Source: Patescibacteria group bacterium (GTDB lineage: Bacteria; Patescibacteriota; Minisyncoccia; Phycocordibacterales; UBA9973). From it: 60,894 bases of DNA. The DNA lies in the NCBI GenBank assembly GCA_030916965.1, contig JAUPVQ010000030.1, positions 1-60,894 of the forward strand. Reading direction: 5' to 3'. The position numbers and the translations under genes are program-made. A model generated the notes under the pieces. It saw only the letters and a program-made list of their open reading frames with translations. It was not told the origin of the DNA and ran no database searches. This document shows, piece by piece, positions 53,932-60,894 of the stretch (the first letter of the stretch is position 1; each line of letters begins with the position of its first letter).

Positions 53932-55383
53932 ATGAAAAAATTGCTTGAAATTATAACTGATATTAAGCCTCTTGAGGTAAAGGGGTCACAGGAAACGGTG
54001 ATTTCAGGGATATTTATTAGCTCCAATCTCGTAACTGAAAATGGGCTTTTTATCGCTATTGTAGGAGAGAAATCGGATGGTCATGAATACATTAATGATG
54101 TAATTGCAAAAGGTGCAACGGCTATCGTTCATGAAAAAGATTTGAGGGAGTATAAAGATGGAATTACGTATTTAAAAGTTGCAGATACACACGAAGCTTC
54201 GGGGTGTATTGCAAGTGCCTTTTATGATTACCCATCAAAGAAATTAAAGTTAGTCGGTGTGACAGGTACAAATGGCAAGACTACAATTGCGACACTTCTT
54301 CATAAATTATTCCGCAATCTCAGGTTCAAGACTGGTATGATGGGAACTGTAGTAAATAAAATAAATGACACAGAGGTAGAAGCTACTCGTACAACTCCGG
54401 ACCCAATTACACTTAACCAGACTCTTGCACAAATGGTGGAAGCGGGGTGCGAATACTGTTTTATGGAAGTAAGCTCACATGCTATATACATGAAAAGAAT
54501 TGCCGGATTGGAATTCGCTGGAGGAATATTTACAAATTTGACTCATGATCATTTAGACTTCCACATAACAATCGAAGAATACGCCAAAGTTAAAAAAGAA
54601 TTTTTTACCAATTTACCATCGACTTGTTTTGCACTTTCGAATTTAGATAGTGAATACGGGGAATATATGTTGGAAAGTACAAAAGCAAAAAAGTATTTTT
54701 ATTCTCGTGATAATAAAGTAGATTTCAGTGGAAAGGTAGATACTAAATTAATTGGTGACTTTAATCAATCAAATGTTTTGGCAATTCTAGGCACAGCAGT
54801 ATTGCTCGGTATAGATGAGAAGTCTGCCCGAGAGGAAATCAAAAAGCTTGATCCAGCACCAGGGAGATTTGTATCGTTCACAAGCCCGAATGGTGTAACA
54901 GGAATTGTGGATTATGCTCATACACCAGATGCTCTTGAAAATGTTCTAAAAACTATTAAGAAATTAGCAGACGTCGGACGTCTGCAGGAACAGACGTCCG
55001 ACGTCTGCAAAATAATTACAGTTATTGGCTGTGGCGGGGATCGGGACAAAGCCAAGAGACCTATCATGGCACAAATCGCTTATAAGATGAGTGATATATT
55101 GATTTTAACTTCTGATAATCCACGCACAGAAAAAGTAGAAGATATTATAAATGATATGAGAGTCGGTTTACCCGACGAAGCCTTGAGTCTGTCGAACGAG
55201 CAAAAAGTATATATCATTAATGATAGACGTGAAGCAATCACCAAAGCGTGCATATTGGCAAAAAAAAGTTACTATATATTACTAGCAGGCAAAGGCCACG
55301 AAAATTACCAAGAAGTAAATGGCACGAAAACACATTTTGACGACATGGAAGAATTAAAAAGTTGTTTTAGCAATATGGTATAA
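53932..55383 (+). CDS. murE: UDP-N-acetylmuramoyl-L-alanyl-D-glutamate--2,6-diaminopimelate ligase
   Basis: GVTGTNGKTT P-loop, DYAHTPDALENVL, GCGGDRD and the DAP-specific DNPR motif. It carries an in-frame palindromic insert (see the repeat feature). Confidence 0.9.
   Translation: MKKLLEIITDIKPLEVKGSQETVISGIFISSNLVTENGLFIAIVGEKSDGHEYINDVIAKGATAIVHEKDLREYKDGITYLKVADTHEASGCIASAFYDYPSKKLKLVGVTGTNGKTTIATLLHKLFRNLRFKTGMMGTVVNKINDTEVEATRTTPDPITLNQTLAQMVEAGCEYCFMEVSSHAIYMKRIAGLEFAGGIFTNLTHDHLDFHITIEEYAKVKKEFFTNLPSTCFALSNLDSEYGEYMLESTKAKKYFYSRDNKVDFSGKVDTKLIGDFNQSNVLAILGTAVLLGIDEKSAREEIKKLDPAPGRFVSFTSPNGVTGIVDYAHTPDALENVLKTIKKLADVGRLQEQTSDVCKIITVIGCGGDRDKAKRPIMAQIAYKMSDILILTSDNPRTEKVEDIINDMRVGLPDEALSLSNEQKVYIINDRREAITKACILAKKSYYILLAGKGHENYQEVNGTKTHFDDMEELKSCFSNMV
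54967..55008. repeat. GC-rich double palindrome inside the murE coding sequence
   Basis: GCAGACGTCGGACGTCTG-CAGGAA-CAGACGTCCGACGTCTGC. The arms form an 18-bp perfect inverted repeat, and each arm is itself an 8-1-8 palindrome. The element contains four GACGTC and one CTGCAG, and it stays in frame (ADVGRLQEQTSDVC). Confidence 0.9.
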
Positions 55384-55390
55384 TAGACCC

Positions 55391-55921
55391 ATGGAACCTA
55401 CCGATATAGACCACTTATTACTCAAGAGTAAAAAGCCTACCAAAAAGGATATTGCTGATAGGTATATTGATCATTACCTGGAGCAGTACCGTATTTATGT
55501 GCATGTATTCAATAGTACAAGCGAGAGGCGTAATAAAGCCAATGAATTCTTCTTGGGACTCAATGCTGCTATTATTGGAATAATCGGCTATGTAGAGACA
55601 AAGGCACTCCCACATGCATCTATGATATTTGTACTTGTCCCTATCGCTGGAATTGCAATATGTCATTGCTGGTATCGGATTATCTGTGCGTACAGGCAAT
55701 TGAATCGTGCCAAGTTCAAGGTCATACATACTGCTGAACAGAATTTGCCACTTTCATTATTTGAAACTGAATGGAATATATTGGGTAAAGGTAAGGACCG
55801 TAGCAAGTACTACCCACTTTCACAAATAGAAAAAAATATCCCAGTTATATTTATGCTGCTTTATGGAGTTATTTTATTGATGAATGTAAACTTGGACTAT
55901 ATCTTGGAATTATTTAAATAA
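55391..55921 (+). CDS. Small 2-TM membrane protein, RipA/SLATT-like
   Basis: 176 aa. The N-terminal helix is YLEQYRIYVHVFNSTSERRNKANEFFLGLNAAIIGIIGY. Two TM helices follow, then a conserved-looking YRQLNRAKF..IH and a C-terminal TM helix. The gene has its own TGGTATAAT 6 nt upstream, overlapping the murE stop. Confidence 0.45.
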   Translation: MEPTDIDHLLLKSKKPTKKDIADRYIDHYLEQYRIYVHVFNSTSERRNKANEFFLGLNAAIIGIIGYVETKALPHASMIFVLVPIAGIAICHCWYRIICAYRQLNRAKFKVIHTAEQNLPLSLFETEWNILGKGKDRSKYYPLSQIEKNIPVIFMLLYGVILLMNVNLDYILELFK

Positions 55922-57280
55922 ATGCAAAATTATAAACAACAATTTAAAGGCAAGAAAATTACAATCATGGGATTGGGGATGCTAGGTAGAGGGCTTGGTT
56001 ATACCAAATTCTTGGCCGAGTGTGGAGCTGATTTGATTGTGACAGACTTGAAAACAAAAGAACAGTTAGCGACTTCAATAAAAGCTCTTTCTAAATATTC
56101 TAACCCCGCAAACGGGGCAAGCATAAAGTTTGTATTGGGAGAGCACAGAATACAAGATTTTAAGAACAGAGATATGATTATCAAGAATCCAGGCGTACCG
56201 ATGGATTCTATTTATATAAAAGAGGCAAGGGAGAATAATATACAAATCGAGATGGATGTGTCGCTTTTCGCTAAAAGTGCACCCGAGGTAATGATTATAG
56301 GTGTAACTGGTACACGGGGCAAGAGTATGACAACGATGCTTATTCATGAAATACTGACTGCAAATAAAAAATTCTTAAGGAAAGAAATATATCTCGGTGG
56401 AAATATTCGCGGGGTTGCGACATTGCCATTGCTCAAGAAAGTGAAAGCAGGTGATATCGTAGTATGCGAGCTAGATTCATGGCAATTGCAAGGATTTGGT
56501 GAGGACAAAATTTCCCCACACATATCTGTGTTTACTACATTTATGCGCGACCATATGAATTATTATAAAGATGATATGAAAAAGTATTTTGCTGACAAAG
56601 CCAATATTTTCAAATATCAAAAGAAAGGGGATACATTGGTAATTCGTAAAGAAATGAAAAAATTAATTCCAAAAAAACTGGAAAGTAAGTTGATTGTTGC
56701 AAATGAGAAAGTGGTCAAGGATTGGCAATTTATAGTACCAGGGAGTCACCAGAGAGCCAATTTGGCTTGTGCTGTGGAGGTAGCTAAACTATTTGAAATA
56801 CCAGAAATAAAAATAAAAAAAGTAGTAAAAGATTTCGGTGGTATGGAAGGACGATTAGAATATATGAAGAATGTGAAAGGAGTCAAAATTTATAATGACA
56901 ACAATGCCACAACCCCTGAAGCAACAATAGCAAGCCTTGAAGCCCTGAAATCTGGAAGTCCGACTTCCAGAAATATAATTTTGATTTCTGGGGGAAATGA
57001 TAAAAATATTGATTTGAAAAATTTTGTAAATGCTATTAATAAATACTGTAAGTCTGTAGTTTTGATTCCAGGGACGGGGACAGACAAGCTTGTAAGTAGT
57101 AAGCTGAAAGTAGTAAGTAGTAAGGTGGATTCATTAAAAGAGGCAGTAAAAGATGCAATAAAAGAAAGTAAAAGAGGTGATATAATACTATTTTCCCCAG
57201 CATTCAGTTCATTTAGTCAGTACAATAATGAATATGAAAGAAACGACGAATTTGTAAAAATAATTAAAAAATTAAAATAA
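55922..57280 (+). CDS. murD: UDP-N-acetylmuramoylalanine--D-glutamate ligase
   Basis: N-terminal Rossmann motif (IMGLGMLGRG), P-loop GVTGTRGKS, and the Mur ligase middle and C-terminal domains. Confidence 0.9.
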   Translation: MQNYKQQFKGKKITIMGLGMLGRGLGYTKFLAECGADLIVTDLKTKEQLATSIKALSKYSNPANGASIKFVLGEHRIQDFKNRDMIIKNPGVPMDSIYIKEARENNIQIEMDVSLFAKSAPEVMIIGVTGTRGKSMTTMLIHEILTANKKFLRKEIYLGGNIRGVATLPLLKKVKAGDIVVCELDSWQLQGFGEDKISPHISVFTTFMRDHMNYYKDDMKKYFADKANIFKYQKKGDTLVIRKEMKKLIPKKLESKLIVANEKVVKDWQFIVPGSHQRANLACAVEVAKLFEIPEIKIKKVVKDFGGMEGRLEYMKNVKGVKIYNDNNATTPEATIASLEALKSGSPTSRNIILISGGNDKNIDLKNFVNAINKYCKSVVLIPGTGTDKLVSSKLKVVSSKVDSLKEAVKDAIKESKRGDIILFSPAFSSFSQYNNEYERNDEFVKIIKKLK

Positions 57281-57281
57281 G

Positions 57282-58067
57282 ATGGAAAAGTTTTTTATTA
57301 CAAACAGATATGGTTTAAAAATTGTTGGGGAAATTTATACCCCAGCGAATTCTACAGGTCTTGCAATTGTTCAGCATGGACTTGGTGGATTTAAAGAGCA
57401 ACTAAATACTATGGCAATGGTAGATACATTGTTTGCCAATAATTATATCGTTATAAATTTTGATGCTACCAATTCAATTGGTGAGAGTGGTGGTAAATAT
57501 GAAAATGCTACAATGCAATTGCATTATGAGGATCTAGTTGATGTTATTGCTTGGGCAAAAGGACAAGCTTGGTATAAGGAGCCATTTGTGTTGGCAGGGC
57601 ATAGTTTGGGTGGATATGCAGTTGCACAGTACGCAGAAGATTACCCTGAGCAAGTTAAAGGAGTTTTCCCATTTGCCTTGGTTGTGTCTGGAGAGTTGAG
57701 TTACAAGAAATATGAGCAATTGAAACCCGAAGAATTAAAGAAATGGAAAGAAACAGGATGGAAGGAAGAAGAAAGTAAATCAAAACCTGGCTTTATAAAA
57801 AGGTTACCGTACTCTCATATGGAAGAGAGACTGAAACATAATTTATTACCACATGCAGATAAGCTTACAATGCCAATACTTTTTGTAATGGGAGAAAATG
57901 ATGAATCTTGCCCTTCTGATCACCAAAAAGTTTTATATGATATACTACCTGAAATCACAGAGAAAGAGTTCCATACTGTAAAAGGCGCACCACATACATT
58001 TAAGGAAGCTGGTGATTTAAATGAACTAAGAAATATTTTAGATAAGTGGCTTAAAAAGTTAAAATAA
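57282..58067 (+). CDS. Alpha/beta-fold hydrolase
   Basis: Nucleophile elbow GHSLGG, and candidate acid and His residues in GENDES and GAPHTF. It is tightly coupled between murD and murC. Confidence 0.7.
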   Translation: MEKFFITNRYGLKIVGEIYTPANSTGLAIVQHGLGGFKEQLNTMAMVDTLFANNYIVINFDATNSIGESGGKYENATMQLHYEDLVDVIAWAKGQAWYKEPFVLAGHSLGGYAVAQYAEDYPEQVKGVFPFALVVSGELSYKKYEQLKPEELKKWKETGWKEEESKSKPGFIKRLPYSHMEERLKHNLLPHADKLTMPILFVMGENDESCPSDHQKVLYDILPEITEKEFHTVKGAPHTFKEAGDLNELRNILDKWLKKLK

Positions 58068-58071
58068 AATT

Positions 58072-59391
58072 ATGCAAGAAATTGATTTAAAAGTAATACA
58101 CAATATACATTTTATCGGCATAGGCGGGATTGGAATCTCGGCTATTGCTCGTATGATGATGTATGAAGGGAAAAAGGTAAGCGGGCAGGATATGCAGGAT
58201 GGAGAGATTCTCGAAGAGTTGAAAAAGGCTGGTGCCAAAATTACAATTGGGCAATCACTTGAGAATATTCCTAAAAAGACAGATTTGATTGTATATACAA
58301 TTGCTATAGAGAAGTATGATACTGAGCTTTTCCAAATACTCAAAGAGCAAACTGATGTTCCATTCCTTTCGTATCCGGAGATGCTCAATGTGGTAACAAA
58401 AGGTAAATATACTATTGCTGTGTCAGGGACTCATGGCAAGACTACAACAGTCGGCATGATTGCCCAAGTACTCACAGATAGTGGTAATGACCCAACAGTG
58501 GTGATAGGTAGCATACTTGCAAATGAGAATAGTAATTTCATCGCGGGCCGAAGCCAGTACTTCGTAGTAGAGGCTTGTGAGTATCGGAGGTCATTTCTAA
58601 ATATTAATCCAAATATTTTAGTAATTACAAATGTAGATGCCGATCACTTGGATTATTATAAAGATATAGAAGATATCAAGAGTGCATTTCGTGAGCTCGC
58701 ACTCAAAGTGCCAAAAGATGGATATGTAATTTGTAATCCAACAGACCCTCACATGATAGATGTAGTAGCTGGAATCGAAGCGAAAGTGATAGATTATGAA
58801 AGATTTTTCAACGAAAATTTGGAAATAAAATTACCAGGAATACACAATAAAAAGAATGCGTCTTGTGCTATTGCAGTAGCAGACTGTCTAAAGATTGATG
58901 AGCAAAAAGCGATAGAATCGCTTGCGGAATTTAATGGCACATCAAGACGCTTTGAATACAAGGGCGAACTTGCAAGTGGGGCCAAAATTTATGATGATTA
59001 TGCCCACCACCCAACTGAGATATTGGCATCATTGCAAGGATTCCGCGAACTATATCCTAAAAGTGACGATTGGAATATTACAGTAGTATTCCAGCCACAT
59101 TTATTCAGCCGGACAAAGGCATTATTGGATGATTTTGCAAAGAGCTTCATCGATACTGATAGTGTGTTGCTCCTCCCAATTTATTACGCAAGGGAAGTTG
59201 ATGATGGATCTATCAATTCCGAAATCTTGCGCGATGCAATTATTGAAAATAATGTACATGCACAATCATTTATTGATTTCAAAGAAATAGCAAACTATAT
59301 AATAGGAAAAAATTTTGGAGAAAAAGATATTCTCATAACTATGGGAGCAGGTGAGGCATTTGTTGTGGGAAATATGCTTTTAAATAAATAA
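58072..59391 (+). CDS. murC: UDP-N-acetylmuramate--L-alanine ligase
   Basis: IHFIGIGGIGISAIARMM, the GTHGKTTT P-loop, and DYAHHPTE. Confidence 0.9.
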   Translation: MQEIDLKVIHNIHFIGIGGIGISAIARMMMYEGKKVSGQDMQDGEILEELKKAGAKITIGQSLENIPKKTDLIVYTIAIEKYDTELFQILKEQTDVPFLSYPEMLNVVTKGKYTIAVSGTHGKTTTVGMIAQVLTDSGNDPTVVIGSILANENSNFIAGRSQYFVVEACEYRRSFLNINPNILVITNVDADHLDYYKDIEDIKSAFRELALKVPKDGYVICNPTDPHMIDVVAGIEAKVIDYERFFNENLEIKLPGIHNKKNASCAIAVADCLKIDEQKAIESLAEFNGTSRRFEYKGELASGAKIYDDYAHHPTEILASLQGFRELYPKSDDWNITVVFQPHLFSRTKALLDDFAKSFIDTDSVLLLPIYYAREVDDGSINSEILRDAIIENNVHAQSFIDFKEIANYIIGKNFGEKDILITMGAGEAFVVGNMLLNK

Positions 59392-59415
59392 TTTATTTTA
59401 TGATATAATAAATAT

Positions 59416-60315
59416 ATGAAAAAGGTATTAATCTTGAATATATTTATTATAGTTACGCTATTAATTACCCCTATTTTCTCTGCGCATGCAGAAAGTAATT
59501 CTGGATTCCTCAATGATACCATTTGGTATTCCGAAAAGAAATTTGTCGAAGGCGACACTATAGAAATCCATACAGCAGTCTGGAATGGAGAAGATTCCGC
59601 CCTCTCCGCAAAAGTTGAGTTTACAGATCTAAATACAATACTCGGGTCACGAAGTGTATCTGTGCCAGCTGGGACACTCCAAGATGTATTTATAACTTGG
59701 AAGGTGACAGTAGGCGACCATACAGTCAAGGCAACAATAAAGGACGCAACATTAAAGGTGAATGGTAAAAACACCTCCATCAAACTACCCGATTATGAGC
59801 AAATCCTACCCAAAATATATATAGCCAAAAAATCGACTACAACAGATGATATAACCAAATCAATTACCGACAAGGTAGAGAACACACTACCGGAAAACGT
59901 AGCCAAGCCGATATCAAATGGTATACAATCGCTTGATAGCTTCCGTATAAATACAGAAGAAAAGATAAAAACTCTGGTAGAAAATACAAATAATAAGCTA
60001 GCAGTACTAAACGCAACTTCATCCGAAAAGACAGAAGCAACTGATATAAAAGATTCTACTGAAAAAAATAATTCAGTAAAAGCTGTTAATACAAAAGCAT
60101 CTAGTACAAAAAATACAAATACAGATAAGGTAGAAGTAAAATCAGATACCCAAAAAAGTCCATTATCAGGGACTGAGAAGCCGATTGCATACGTAGAGTT
60201 GTTTCTTCTTTCGGTTGCTTCGTTTATTTTCAAGAGTGCAGTTGTTTTCTACTTAGTTTGTGCATTTCTCATTTTTATAATAATACGATTTATCTATAAA
60301 AAGATCCGAGGTTAA
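59416..60315 (+). CDS. Hypothetical secreted/membrane-anchored protein
   Basis: N-terminal signal-like segment, an S/T/K/N-rich middle, and a C-terminal TM region. TGATATAAT lies 6 nt upstream of the ATG. Confidence 0.5.
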   Translation: MKKVLILNIFIIVTLLITPIFSAHAESNSGFLNDTIWYSEKKFVEGDTIEIHTAVWNGEDSALSAKVEFTDLNTILGSRSVSVPAGTLQDVFITWKVTVGDHTVKATIKDATLKVNGKNTSIKLPDYEQILPKIYIAKKSTTTDDITKSITDKVENTLPENVAKPISNGIQSLDSFRINTEEKIKTLVENTNNKLAVLNATSSEKTEATDIKDSTEKNNSVKAVNTKASSTKNTNTDKVEVKSDTQKSPLSGTEKPIAYVELFLLSVASFIFKSAVVFYLVCAFLIFIIIRFIYKKIRG

Positions 60316-60353
60316 TTTTTGTATAATCTCTAATTTTACCTTATAATGGGCAT

Positions 60354-60617
60354 ATGAATAGAATAGTGCTCGATATTGCCTTAATAATAAGCATGTTTTT
60401 GCTACCTTGGTGGATAACCATACTTTTGTGCATTTTGGGTATTGTGTTTTTTGCCAATTTTTATGAATCTATTATTATTTTCCTCGTATTGTATGGAATA
60501 TATGGATATGGAGATAATGGTATACTTAGATCTAAATTTTATTTACCGTTAATTCTTTTTGTCATATTTTATACTTTTTCATTTATTAAAAAACAATTTA
60601 TCTTTTATCAAAAATAA
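60354..60617 (+). CDS. Small 3-TM hypothetical membrane protein
   Basis: 87-aa hydrophobic ORF. TATAAT lies 6 nt upstream of the ATG. Its stop overlaps the next start (TAATG). Confidence 0.45.
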   Translation: MNRIVLDIALIISMFLLPWWITILLCILGIVFFANFYESIIIFLVLYGIYGYGDNGILRSKFYLPLILFVIFYTFSFIKKQFIFYQK

Positions 60618-60894
60618 TGCTTAAATTCAAGACTAAAAAAAAATACCATGCTGTAGACCCCGATGAGATTTTTCTTGATTCCAAGAATCTACCTCAATTC
60701 AATACTCAACAATTCGAAGGTCGCATAGAGAAGCCGATACCAAAACGAATTATAACTCTCGTATCCATCTTCTTTTCGCTTATTGGTAGTGTGTTCCTGT
60801 ATCAGCTTGGAGTATTGCAAATAGCAAAAGGGGAAGCATATTTAAAGCGCAGTGAAGACAATACACTTTCAACTACTCCTATATTTGCTCCAAG
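60617..60894 (+). CDS. Penicillin-binding protein 2 / FtsI-like transpeptidase, N-terminal fragment (3' end cut by window edge)
   Basis: My own translation gives MLKFKTKKKYHAVDPDEIFLD...RIITLVSIFFSLIGSVFLYQLGVLQIAKGEAYLKRSEDN. That is a cytoplasmic tail, a TM helix and the LQI..G..Y pattern typical of PBP2/FtsI N-termini. The ORF is open to the window end and is absent from the ORF track. Confidence 0.5.
   Translation, partial: MLKFKTKKKYHAVDPDEIFLDSKNLPQFNTQQFEGRIEKPIPKRIITLVSIFFSLIGSVFLYQLGVLQIAKGEAYLKRSEDNTLSTTPIFAP

Noticed and set aside
53711-54026. ORFs overlapping tRNA-Gln (53711-53905 on the plus strand, 53832-54026 on the minus strand), and the ORF at 28115-28309 overlapping tRNA-Leu
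   Set aside because: The sequence folds into canonical tRNA cloverleaves, so the ORFs are incidental.
40365-55008. Single repeat family linking the 40365 and 41013 palindromes, the murE palindrome and the 53783 terminator
   Set aside because: They share only the 5-6-nt half-site AGACG(G/T), and k-mers of that length are expected by chance many times in 60 kb. I kept it as a note only, pending a genome-wide search.
57092-57124. 12-nt perfect direct repeat GTAAGTAGTAAG at a 21-nt period inside murD
   Set aside because: It is an in-frame 7-codon micro-duplication (VSSK...VSSK) in a variable C-terminal region. It is too short and isolated to suggest an element.
59295-60233. Two antisense ORFs (162 and 146 aa) opposite the murC end and the secreted protein gene
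   Set aside because: There are no recognisable motifs. The sense-strand genes have promoter and ATG geometry and signal/TM features.
1-60894. Alternative genetic code (UGA recoding, as in some CPR lineages)
   Set aside because: Long conserved genes are intact under code 11, and TGA is used as a genuine stop. One example is the coupled ATGA at 3714-3717.

Overview
AT-rich, very gene-dense bacterial chromosomal fragment using the standard genetic code (TGA is used as a stop). Gene content and architecture suggest a small-genome Patescibacteria/CPR-like organism; that placement is an inference. Evidence for it: tightly coupled genes, soluble VirD4-like ATPases, a lamin-tail-domain surface protein, CxxC zinc-ribbon proteins and a short Rel.

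Gene order:
- 1-7127: a type I R-M operon (hsdM, hsdS, hsdR) with three non-canonical genes embedded in it.
- 7228-13780: sppA, msrB, a RhuM-Doc fusion, a PhnA-like protein, several small membrane proteins and an NRAMP transporter.
- 14286-22878: a six-gene operon with two paralogous soluble VirD4/TraD-like ATPases, a kinase-like protein, a duplicated Cys-rich zinc-ribbon protein, a PQ-loop-like membrane protein and an LTD/PKD surface protein.
- 22868-28306: ECF sigma with a putative anti-sigma, ndh, an HTH-MurA fusion divergent from murB, and tRNA-Leu(CAA).
- 28368-40335: parB, rel, a pfkB kinase, ahcY, topA, an orphan gene, dprA, serS, an FtsQ-like protein and dus.
- 40365-41618: a wHTH/Cas2-fold (PaaX-like) gene bracketed by inverted 28-bp palindromes, then an orphan gene.
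- 41889-53926: pyrC-carA-carB-(orphan)-pyrB, dnaX, a cupredoxin, an aspartokinase with a structured leader, and tRNA-Gln(TTG).
- 53932-60894: a mur cluster, murE-(2TM protein)-murD-(hydrolase)-murC, followed by the start of a PBP2/FtsI-like gene.

I saw no rRNA, CRISPR array, transposase or integrase.

Most notable observations:
- The R-M-embedded pair of a degenerate ImmA-like protein and a PIN-like protein.
- The dual-ATPase operon.
- A GC-rich double palindrome inserted in frame in murE.
- The palindrome-bracketed regulator gene.
- A recurrent TATAAT-N6-ATG geometry that implies widespread leaderless mRNAs.
- Candidate leader-peptide attenuators upstream of the pyr operon and the aspartokinase gene.

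All family assignments come from motif recognition by eye. No database search was run.
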